In this document: piece by piece, positions 11,301-22,214 of the stretch
How the letters are laid out: the number at the start of each line of letters is the position of its first letter
Numbering within the stretch: position 1 is the stretch's first letter
NCBI RefSeq assembly: GCF_964204645.1
Contig: NC_134034.1
Location: 5,306,914-5,370,913, forward strand
Direction: 5' to 3'
DNA length: 64,000 bases
Origin: Tubulanus polymorphus
Taxonomy: Eukaryota > Animalia > Nemertea
Notes under the pieces: generated by a model
Told to the model about the DNA's origin: nothing
Database searches by the model: none
What the model saw: only the letters and a program-made list of their open reading frames with translations
Position numbers and translations under genes: made by a program

Positions 11301-12523
11301 ATAAATTGGTAGGGGAGGTTCACGATTTGTACTGTGCCTCAGATTTGTAGAACTCCCTGTTCGCTTCTTGATGTTGAATAGGATACTTTGTCCAACTGTA
11401 AGACAGGCTGGTGTGACGTAGTTCTCCTGGTTTTTCAAATTCGCACCATTGAGTATGACAGATATAAGGAGCTTCAAATGGCAGTGACTGTTCTTGACAA
11501 CCAGGTGAAAACTGACCACTAAATTTGAAACCTTCATGTTCGAGAATATCTTTCCTAACAATCTTCGCTGCACGAACTAGGGTGAGTGCATCATCCGAGA
11601 AGTCACGTTTTTTCAACGCATCATTTATCATGTCTCTCATAACATTTTTGAATATTAAAACAGTATTTCGGCCGTCCACTTGTATTTGCACATCTGGAAA
11701 CTGATCCATGAGTTTCAACCTGGTTCTATTGACATTTTTTGATATACCTAGTTCGTCCAGGCGATTAACATACATGGAATGCAATTCAGACAACTTGAAA
11801 ATCTCCATCCCGGAGTGTACACTGTTCTCTATGTAATTTGCAAGCTCAATCAATGCTCTTGATTCATTTATCTTCTCACCTGTACTTTGCCCTCCATGTT
11901 TTAACTGCCTCGTGTGACTTCTGTATCGATTTCTCAGATTGGTCAGACATATCATATGGTACTTAGCATCCATACCTATCAGATCTGCGCCGACAATCCT
12001 GGCTTGGAAGTTTTCCGTCATCTAAGTCATCAATGATTTTTCTAAGATTCCTATCCATATCATTGGTTAACACCTGGTGAAGGGCGCCTTCAATTTGTCC
12101 CATTTCACAAATGAAACACTGACTAAGCATCGTTATTGACCGACGCTTAACTATGTTTCTGTTGTCGTCTTCAGCATCACCCTGAATCGATTGCTTCCGC
12201 TTTTTTGCTCTTTGAAGTTTTTCATTATCATATTTCAAACGGCATGACTTGTGCCAGGAGGCACATCGCTTTACCCGCATGTCTACCGTCGCATCACTAC
12301 ATGTATAGTCGAATTTTACTTCCTAGGGTTTACATCCAAGCCCATCAAAACTCTTGATATTATCCAAGAACTGACCATAAGCAGCTGTTTTATCGTGGAA
12401 GTTCAGACTGTTTAGAGGGCATTTAAGTTGTTCACCTGTATGTTGTTGGCAGACAATACACCGACTAAAGACCAGCTCCATGGTTCTTTGACATTGGTCT
12501 GTAAATGAAATAAAAACATTCAT
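8369..12523 (-). pseudogene. AcademX-type DNA transposon protein (transposase plus XPG-like nuclease plus Cys-rich C-terminal finger), frameshifted
   Basis: AKYHMICL, LDHDPSSTT..SFHGTG, VITFDQPL, RTRHAHQV, DQAHEQ, HEESDTR, VDTD, FHSLTGCDTTSAF, CACKNACKVCKCKKANLPCT. TIRs not identified. Confidence 0.75.
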
Positions 12524-13890
12524 GCAATATTATACATGTGTACCTCAAAATTAGATGTAGTGAAATCTTGCTTGAGATCTTAAAGATATGATGGCAGTAT
12601 CGAGCTACAAATTTGGCCTGATCAAATTTTAGCACTGGCCAAATCATTGCGTGTGAATTGTTACAGGTACCGGATGTGACTCACTTCGCTTTGTTTAAGC
12701 ATTGGTTAGTGTGGCGTGAGTGGTTTACGTGTACGTTTGAGCGCACTCCCTAATTAGGGACGGGCCAAATTTTACTCGGGCCTGATCAGTGTCAATTTAG
12801 CCCGGGCCAAATCATCTCCGTGTGATCGCAGCTATAATCTGGATGGGACATTGGCAGAAATTAGTTCACCTAGAACTTATGTGTACTCCGGCAAATTGTT
12901 TCTGGCCGCACATGTCATATCCAACAATCCTGCGTTTGAGCGTGCATGGCTAGGATTGACAGCGCATGTGGAGGGACCTGGAGAAATTTCGGAAAGCACA
13001 CATGGGTTCCAGTCAAAAAAAATTGTGAGAATTGGCGTTATAAAGTGATGCGTTGTAACAAGGTGTGACATACACCACTATTTGATGCGCCCAGATTTTG
13101 GAGTTAATTTACAAGTCTGGCTAATGAAAATACATCGGTACTTTTCGAAGGTACAACCTTAATAATTGAACACTCAAAATCGGTGAATTACCTCTGTATT
13201 AGCTTTGACTTGATTTCTACATAATTGACCAATTAAAAACTTACCCATGAAAACTGGTTCGTGTCTTTCTTAATTGTAGAAATTGAAAAAATAAGAGCGG
13301 CTCCAACCAACAAACTCTGCAAAAAAAAGTATATATTCTTGCTAAAATTAATTGTACCAAAACTCCAAATCATGTGCTTCGATTTAAAACAAAAATTCTG
13401 TAACTTCGATATCCGATTTTAAAATCAAACCCCCGATTTCACTCCCGACAGGTTGGTGGGTTCGTAGGGAAACCAAATCAAAACAAATGAAACAAAATCT
13501 ACCAATAAAATAAATGACGGTAAATCCCTATTTTATTATCAATAATTAATTGCCTAAAATTCTATAAATAATTGTGCGTGGATTACCCTTATATAAAACG
13601 GCTGGGATCGGGGGGATGTGTGTTTGCGTGGATTACCCTTAGTGGCTGGGACCCTCCATGATGGAACTATATATTGACAAATTCCGGAGTTGAACCGGCC
13701 TTTTGTGAAGGGGTTTTCAATTCTGAATAATCCATTCCAACGTACACCAAGATGGATTGCAGCATTTGAATCAAAAAGTTCAAATATCAGATAAAAATCG
13801 ATTTGGCGTATTGGCAGAACTTGATATGTTTCACTCGTTGTTATTGAGTTGAGCAAAGAAGCGGATGTGATCATTCCATTAATAAATTTA

Positions 13891-14998
13891 GGCCTAGTTT
13901 AACGGTTTTGTCATATCGCGGAAAGACGGAATCGCTGAATTTTCCAAAAACGCGGAATTTCTTCATTTTTACTTTAAATAGTAAACGGGTTTTCCCACGG
14001 GGATACCCACTGTCGGACAGGGCACCGGACCGATCGATGATGCGAGTTTGGTTCGAATCCCATTATTTGCAGGCAATTTTATATGAAATTATTATATTAT
14101 GATACCGTTGACTGGCTGCCACCTGTAGAAGAAGTCAGAATCAAGTGGGGTGAAAGAGACCAGGCACCTAGTGTCTATTTCTACTAGGCAAACTTCGGTT
14201 ATCGAAGTTCATCGACTTTTTGAGAACTTCAGAAACGAATATTATCAGATAAATATTGAGCACGTTTGCGGTGTCGGACCGTAGATGGTTGCAAACATGA
14301 AATCCTACGACCAAACAAGTACCGGTTCAAATTCCTTTGAAATTATTATAATTTTACGGCCGTCCAGTACCGGTACCAATAAGATCTTTTTGATCCAAAT
14401 AATCAGCATAGGAACATATATGTTATAGCAGTCACAAAGTAAACATTAAAAAAAACGAAACCATTTTATAATCTTTCATATCATTTAATTCTAAAAGATA
14501 AACCACATTCGCTTATAACAACAATGTAGACACACAACACGCATGAACAATCCTAAGCCAGAATGAAATATACATAATGTCTATTTATTTCGTCTGACAT
14601 CGATCCAGTTCCACAGTTGTGAGTTAACTCTGAATTACTTAGAATCAATTCATTTCCAATGTTTTAAATCCAGAGACCAGAGTCAAATCTTAACTCGGAA
14701 CTGAGTCCTGGAGAATGACCCATGGTGTCATCACAAATCCTACGTTTACGTTCCATCGATTTGTATTCCTTCAGTTAATGCAGCGATACTCTGTATCACT
14801 GAATTCGCAAAGCACGTATTGCCTAGGTTCTCCATTATTTGGAACAGTGTCGTTAAGTTGTTGACTGGCGATATGATAAATTATCGAATACTAATTCCCG
14901 GTGTTGAAAAGTAGTAGTAAAAATGAAGAAATTCCGCGTTTTTGGAAAATTCCGCGATTCCGTCTTTCCGCGATATGACAACACCGCTAATTTAAGCC
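13891..14998. mobile_element. Non-autonomous TIR element, PIF/Harbinger-like
   Basis: ~85-bp TIRs starting GGC (GGCCTAGTTTAACGGTTTTGTCATATCGCGGAAAGACGG... and its reverse complement); TTA on the left flank, imperfect on the right. Confidence 0.75.
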
Positions 14999-15291
14999 AA
15001 AGAAAATTTCCCAGTCTTTTATTATAAATAGGCCTATGTCACAATGTACTATGGAAAACGTACTTACATGCTAATAAGTGTGCTTAATCCTAAGCTGTGT
15101 AAAACACACATCTTTTCATGCTAGTTAAGGTTCAGGATACTTGTGCAACAATGATTACAGTTGCATATGCAACACAGTCGATCGTAGTATCCTGCATAGC
15201 AACGTATAATTTTGATTCCACTCAGCAAAAAATAATCAAAAACTCTTTTGATGTCTCCCGTCTCTCTCCCTCTCGTTTCTACCGGAAGATG

Positions 15292-16336
15292 TGTAGCGGA
15301 AATTCGTTTCACTTAGTTCTGTTCTTTTTATTTTTCAGCTGCAGAGTCCTCCCCAGTTCAGTCTAAAATTCATATTAAATTCATAGTAAAAGTTTGTATG
15401 ATGTAAAAGAAAACCTTATAATGTATTTGTAACTCTGAGACAAGAATTTTTAATGCTTTGGACTTCGGTCTGGTGGATTAGAAACTATTTTTATTTCTAT
15501 CTTAATGAAATATTGTGATTTAATCTGAATTCAAAAACTGTACCTAAAGACCTTTTCTATGTGTTCGGGTCACTCCCGGTTTGTATTTGTCGAGTTTATG
15601 TGCCTTAATCGATGTTCCCGTGCTTAAATCGATATTTTTATGCTGTGCTCTGTGCTCGAGATGGCGCCACTATACGGTTCTTAATTATATTGTGTGCTCG
15701 GGGTGCTTTGTTTTAACCAATTAGATGGGGTTACGTCACAATCTGGGCTCTATAAAAGGCAAAAATGTGCTTTATTAATTAGCCTCGGTGCACATTCTTA
15801 GGTGTGTATTACTAAGATTTTGAACTATGGGGGGAGGGATTAATCTAATTTTCTTAGTAAGTCATACTTAGCACTGATTCTCTTTAAGTATTTCTTGGTC
15901 CTTAGAGAGAGAGACACAGAGAGAGAGACACAGAGAGAGAGACACAGAGAGAGAGACACAGAGAGAGAGAGACACAGAGAGAGAGAGACACAGAGAGAGA
16001 GAGACACAGAGAGAGAGACACAGAGAGAGAGACACAGAGAGAGAGAGAGAGAGAGACAGAGAGAGACACAGAGAGAGACACAGAGAGAGAGACAGAGAGA
16101 GAGAGACAGAGAGAGAGACAGAGAGAGAGACAGAGAGAGAGACACAGAGAGAGACACAGAGAGAGACACAGAGAGAGACACAGAGAGAGACAGAGCTACC
16201 TGTATTCCCTCTTGGTCGAGGAAATTCCGTGAGTTGAGACCTTAGACTTGACATTATGAATTTTAACGAAAACGGAAGTAGATTTTTGTAGTCACTTGCC
16301 AGAGCACGCTACCCCGAATCCCGGTATTCCGCTTCA
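15292..16336 (+). repeat. 5' LTR of the Gypsy element
   Basis: Inverted ends TGTAGCGGAA...TTCCGCTTCA; homologous to 32822-34708; directly followed by a PBS. Confidence 0.85.
15904..16195. repeat. Compound (AG)n/(AC) microsatellite within the LTR
   Basis: GAGAGAGACACA-type units. Confidence 0.95.
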
Positions 16337-16338
16337 AA

Positions 16339-16356
16339 TGGTGGCGGCGGTGGGAT
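16339..16356 (+). promoter_or_regulatory. Primer binding site, tRNA-Leu
   Basis: TGGTGGCGGCGGTGGGAT, one mismatch from the complement of the tRNA-Leu 3' end (TGGTGGCAGCGGTGGGAT), 2 nt after the LTR-terminal CA. Confidence 0.8.
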
Positions 16357-16634
16357 TTTCTTCGATATAAGCACATACGTGCATTATTACTATTTTTTTA
16401 TCGATACGTTTTAGAGGTTTAGCCTTCCTTGGTGAGTGAGTCTCCGTAGAGTAATATAATCCGACACCCTCCCTTTTCTCTTATCATTTGAACTACATTA
16501 AACTATAAAGGTTAGGTCAGGAAGTTTAGTTAGGTAGAAACCACAGCAGAGTTCGTTTATCGTTTTTCCGTGATAAAACTTTCTTTCATTCTTTTCATAG
16601 CGTATTTGTCTGTGAGTCTTTCGTGTGAATAAGA

Positions 16635-17573
16635 ATGAGTCGTCCGGCTACCCGCTCCATAACTAGATCTCTTGATAGAAGTAGAAGTGCTGAAGATATT
16701 CGCCATTTAGCCGAAGCCAGGGATGAACCGGGTATACAGAGTCTGTCTAGGGGTGACGGACCTCGTGTTAATTCCTCGGCGATGGATGTAGTATGTCCAA
16801 ATGCTTCCTCCGAGGCCTACAATTATAAAATGAAACCTGAAAGTTATAATGGTGATACTAGCTGGTCTGATTACCGGTTAAGTTTTGAGACCGTTTCTCG
16901 TATTAACTCGTGGCCTGATCATGCAAAAGCCGATTATCTTTTTGCTTCACTTCGGGGTGCAGCTAGACAGTTGGTCTGTGCAAAACTTTCCTCAGGAGAA
17001 GCACTTAATTACTTTGAGATGTGCAAAGTTCTCGAATCAAGGTTCGGCAAAGGTGCCCATTCTCAGACCTATTTGGCTGAGCTCAAGAATCGCCGCCGTA
17101 AAAGACATGAATCCTTGCGAGAGTTGGGTCAATCTATTCTTGTTTCATGTGCACTTGCGTACCCAGATTTTCCGGGGGACCAACGCCAACAGATGGCGCG
17201 TATGCATTTTATTGAAGCTTTAGAGGATAAGGAAATGAGATTAAAACTGTGGCAAACCAACTACCAAAGCTTGGATGAGCTTATTAGTTTCGCTCTACGA
17301 ATAGAGGGTATTCAGCTTATGGAAAATGAGCGGGAGGATAGATCCAATATTCCTGTTTATCAGGTTCGCTCTTCCGAGGCTGCTAGAAATGATGAGATTA
17401 CGCGCCTGCGTCAGGACTTTGAGAGGCTTAACGCTAATATCAGTAAAGTCGTGTCACAACAAAATGACTATCCTGAGTATAGGTTCAAGCAGTGTTATCG
17501 ATGTTTAAGATATGGCCATTTAGCGCGCCATTGTAGGAACCCCCTTCTTCTCATCCTCATAGAGAGAGTTTAA
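16635..17573 (+). CDS. gag: Gypsy Gag
   Basis: KPESYNGDTSWSDY, LRGAA, CCHC knuckle CYRCLRYGHLARHC. Confidence 0.9.
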   Translation: MSRPATRSITRSLDRSRSAEDIRHLAEARDEPGIQSLSRGDGPRVNSSAMDVVCPNASSEAYNYKMKPESYNGDTSWSDYRLSFETVSRINSWPDHAKADYLFASLRGAARQLVCAKLSSGEALNYFEMCKVLESRFGKGAHSQTYLAELKNRRRKRHESLRELGQSILVSCALAYPDFPGDQRQQMARMHFIEALEDKEMRLKLWQTNYQSLDELISFALRIEGIQLMENEREDRSNIPVYQVRSSEAARNDEITRLRQDFERLNANISKVVSQQNDYPEYRFKQCYRCLRYGHLARHCRNPLLLILIERV

Positions 17574-17611
17574 ACGAGAAGCGGCTGGTCCAACAGGGGA
17601 AAGATTAGCTG
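17569..17611 (+). promoter_or_regulatory. Programmed -1 ribosomal frameshift signal (gag-pol)
   Basis: Slippery TTTAAAC followed by a CGGCTGGTC/GATTAGCTG stem; the -1 frame is open into pol (17620-17569 = 51 nt). Confidence 0.7.
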
Positions 17612-17619
17612 ACTTTGGT

Positions 17620-20600
17620 GTGTCCCCTTCAAAAGTAGTTCCTTCGGTTAAATCGGATATCAACTTACCTAGTTCCGTGTATATTCCTGCCTCGATTTGG
17701 GGAGTTCAGGTCAAATATCTTGTAGATACTGGAGCTCACGTAACTATTCTTAGCCGTCATGTCTATTCTAAACTTAGAGACAAAATTAAACTATGTAATT
17801 CTAGTGTAAATTTGAGAGCAGCTGATAATCTTCCAATCAAGGTTTTAAGATCCGCCGTCATACCAATAGGTTTATTCGACTCCAGTATCACCTGGGAAGT
17901 CGTCGTGGCGGACATCAAAGATGACGCCATTCTCGGAATGGATTTCTTGTCAGCATATGACTGTCATCTTCACCCTAGGCATCAGACAATCACGTGCCAG
18001 GGTCATCAGATCAGTGTTGAAAATTTTCCTTCTAATCCTGTGTTAGTAAGAAGTAAAGATAAAATCAAGGTTCCCCCTCTAACGGAGGTAATCATTCCTT
18101 GTTATATAAGAGGTTCTCATTCATTGGCCAAATGGGCTATTGTTGAATCTAATCATAATTGGAAATTAGGTATTGATCTTTGTGTAGCTCGAAGCATAAT
18201 TGATACTGATTGTGAAGCGATCCCCGTCAGGGTGGTCAATTTAAGTGATTCTTCACGTATCATTTATCAGAATTCCCCTCTCGCTACCCTGTCAGGAGTA
18301 AGAGCTGTATGGTCTGAATCCGATTCAGTGTCTAAGGTAGAAAGTACTAACCCGGAGAGTCTCAAGGATAAAAATCAAGCGGAGCCCGATCACCTCAAAG
18401 ATCTTATAAAACGTAGTTGCGAGGGGTTGGATCCGATACAGTCCAATCAAGTTAAGAAACTGATTTTGAAATACTCCGATGTATTTGCTAAATCTGACTT
18501 GGATTTGGGAGAAGCCATGGGGGTTGAACACACTATTGACACGGGACATCTTCCGCCTATTAAACAGAAAGTTCGGCGGGTCCCTCAGGCTAAGCAACCT
18601 GAATGGAATTCATTATTACGTAAAATGCAACAATCTAACGTGATTGAGAAGAGCAATTCTGGCTGGAATTCCAGTATCGTACTAGTCACCAAGCCAGACG
18701 GTTCGCACCGATTGGTTAATGATTTCCGAGATTTAAACCAACACACGGTTGCCGATGCCTATCCATTACCTAGAATAGACGATACTATCCGATCTATGTC
18801 GGGTGCCGTTTTCTTTTGTCAAGCCGACCTACAGAGCGGCTATTGGCAAGTTAAATTATCAGAGAATGACCGTGGGAAGACTGCATTTGCTACCCCTCAT
18901 TGGTTTTATCAATATCGTAAACTACCTATGGGATTGAAAAATTCTGCCGCTACTTTTGAGAGACTTATGGAAAGAGTTCTCGAGGGCCTTTTGAATGACA
19001 TTGTTTTAGTTTATTTAGATGACATCACTGTTTATGGGCGTGATTTTGAGTCCATGTTGACTAACCTTGAGAAAGTTTTTATTCGTCTTCGTTCAGCTAA
19101 TTTGAAACTCAAGCCCAAAAAGTGTAATTTCTTCCGTCGTAAAGTTCAATTCCTTGGTCATGTTGTTTCTGACAAAGGTGTTTCCTGTTCGGAAGAGAAA
19201 ATCAAAGCTATTAAAGATTGGGTTAGACCCTCTACTCAAACTGAGACTAGACAATTCCTCGGTTTGGCTAGCTATGATAGGGCATTTTGTCCTAATTTTG
19301 CTTCCATAGCTAAGCCACTTCATTCCTTGACTGAGAAGTACAAGGTGTTCCTGTGGACTGAGGAGTGTGAGACTTCTTTCCTTAAAACTTAAGGAGATGT
19401 TAATAGCAGCGCCGGTACTAGCTTTTCCTGACCCTAAGCTTCCGTATATTCTGGACACGGATGCCAGTGGCTGGGGTATAGGTGGCGTTTTGTCTCAACT
19501 GGACGAATCCGGTCGTGAGAGAGTCATTTTCTATGGCAGTAGAACCTTGAGTAAAACTGAGAGAAACTATTGTGTTACGCGTCGAGAGTTACTAGCTGTG
19601 GTCGTTTTCGTGAAATTCTTCCGATATTGTCTGGAAGGTCATAAGTTCACGGACCGCACCGATCACTCCTCCCTCCGCTGGATGATGAACTTCAAAGAAC
19701 CCGACGGGAAAACTGCCCGATGGCTGTCTCTCCTTTCGAGTTTCGAATTCGATATCGTACACCGTGAAGGTCGTAAGCACACTAACCGTAACGCTCTTTC
19801 TCGCACAAATTGTCCGCAGTGCCAGCGTATGGAAAGTAAATGCTCCGGTAGTAACGAGAAGCCAAACAAACTCAAAGATCTCAGGGTCAATGCAATTTCT
19901 CCTGATACACTTTCTGAGGCTGAGTCCCATGTGGCTAAATTTCTTCCCTCTGACGAGTGGGAGCCACAAAATTTGGCTCAAGCACGGCGTGCCGACCCTG
20001 AGTTTGGATGGATCTTTGATTACATTTATAGTGACTCTCGTCCGGCCTGGTCCGAGATTTCTGCTCTTAGTCCTGCAGCCAAGTTCTATTGGGCTCGGTG
20101 GAATTCCATCACAGTAATTGATGGTGTTTTGCATATAACTAAGAAGAGAGAGGGATTCCCTGACTCTGTGCTTACTCTTTTACCTCACCAATATAGAAAA
20201 AGTGTGTTCGAAAATATTCATTCCTCTGTAACATCCGGACATTTAGGTATTCGAAAGACTACATTCAGTATGCACCGACGTTTTTTCTGGCATTCTACTT
20301 TGTCAGACATTAAATCTTTCTGTCGTTGCTGTGAAGATTGTCAAGCTAGAAAGTCGTTATCTGAAAAGAGGGTCAAAGCAAAACCGATGTTATACGATGT
20401 AGGTGCTCCTCTTGAGAGAGTAGGAATCGATATCTTAGGTCCGTTACCTGAGTCCAGATCTGGTAATAGCTATATTGTGGTGGTTTGTGACTATTTCACA
20501 AAGTGGGCGGAAGCCTACCCTATTCCCAATCAAGAAGCCGAAACAGTGGCTGAGCAGCTTGTTACGAATTTCATTAGTCGATTTGGTGTCCCTAGATCCT

Positions 20601-21394
20601 TGCATTCGGATCGCGGACGAAACTTTCTTTCCAAGTTGATGACAGAGTTATGTGCCATTTTACACATTCGCAAGACAAACACTACTCCCTATAGACCCTC
20701 TTCTAATGGTCTCGTCGAGAGATTTAACAAGACGCTAGCTCAGAGTTTGAGAACTCGTGTGAATGAGAAACAGGATGACTGGGATGAGCACTTACATTTC
20801 ATTACTGTGGCTTTTCGAGCTACAGTTCATGATGTGACCGGATTCTCACCCAATTTTCTCATGTTCGGACGTGAAGTCGATATGCCGGTGGACCTTATAT
20901 CTGGCCATCCGGCGAACCAGGTGGCTTTTCCGTTTACTCAGTATGTAGCTGAAATGAAGCGCGAGATAAAATCTGCATTTGAAATTGTCCGAATTAATAT
21001 AGGAAAGAGAGGAAAGAGAAATAAACGGAACTACGACTTACTTAGATCTGGGGGGAAATACAGTGTCGGGGATCAGGTATGGCTATTTCGTCCTGCTGTA
21101 GCGGTCGGCTGTAGTAGAAAGCTTTCGTCTTTCTGGAAGGGTCCATTCCCCGTCATCGAAGTAATTAATGACGTGGTATACAGGTTGTCGGTTCAGGGAA
21201 AGTCCGTTACAGCTCATTTTGATCGTCTCAAGCCGTATCATGCTGGTAACGTTTGTCCTCCTGAAATTAGAGACAAGAAAATGAGTGAAAGTAATTTTAG
21301 AAATTCCGACTTAACCCAGTCGGTGTATGATTCGTCAGATTCAGTTGTAACACGTTCGGGACGTCACATTAAGCGACCATCTCGATACAATTGA
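17620..21394 (+). pseudogene. pol: Gypsy Pol (PR-RT-RH-IN) with one frameshift near 19380
   Basis: LVDTGA, YLDD, DTDASG, HHCC finger, IDILGP/HSDRG/NGLVERFN, WKGPF. Confidence 0.93.
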
Positions 21395-22008
21395 GATCTC
21401 TTTGTTGTTGTCTGTAAGGGTTAACCTTAGCGTTCCTTAGGGCCTGTTGGGTGCAGTGATAACTTGTACTAATCGTTGAATATGTATACATAGTAGTAAT
21501 TAATCTTAAAAATTTTTCTGCTGTGGGTTTCTTATCTTTCTTGCGGTAATCTCGTGAGATGTAACTCGTTTATAGAGATGTATTCCTTCCTCCTTCTCTT
21601 GGAGGGGGTTTAAGACTATTCTCCACTCTTTTTCTGGCTAGAATGCCACCTTATATTCTCACTGACAAGTGGGTTCAATTCGGGTGAAGTTACTTAAGCT
21701 ATATATATATGAACTTTGTTTTCTCTTTTTCTATACATTTTCAGTGAATATGGACGCCCAGGACAAGTGGACGTGCCACGACTGCGGTCCTAGCCTTAGT
21801 AATACGTACAGGAAATCGCGCCACCAGGTGTCTTGCACCTGGAAGCTTTTCGGTCGCAAAACCTATCCGGCCGGCACGGTATTTTCATGCCTTATGTGTG
21901 GATTTAGTAATCCGAAAATAATAATAATAATAATAATAATAATACTATTTATTTACAGTCCGTTACATAAAATATCTCAACAGACTTTACAAATTGACAA
22001 AAACATAA

Positions 22009-22214
22009 GACAATTGACAGATATATAAAATATTACCCAATAAAATAGATATTTAATTTCAAACGGTTGCTTCAAGTAAAATCATTTGTAGTGCTGATTA
22101 AATAGGTGCGTGACAATTGACAGATATATAAAATATTACCCAATAAAATAGATATTTAAATTCAAACGGTTGCTTCAAGTAAAATCATTTGTAGTGCTGA
22201 TTAAATAGGTGCGT
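22009..22214. repeat. 103-bp tandem duplication at the L2 ORF2 end/3' UTR
   Basis: GACAATTGACAGATATATAAAATATTACCC...AATAGGTGCGT occurs twice. Confidence 0.9.

Noticed and set aside
7647-13557. Defined TIR boundaries for the Academ element
   Set aside because: The left candidate TAGGCGGGTGG has no convincing inverted partner
14005-14065. tRNA gene (GGTTCGAATCCC B-box)
   Set aside because: No cloverleaf could be folded; at most a SINE relic
15840-16254. SL/ER-repeat ORFs
   Set aside because: Translations of the AG/AC microsatellite
18325-20134. Antisense and alternative-frame ORFs in pol
   Set aside because: No motifs; shadows of pol
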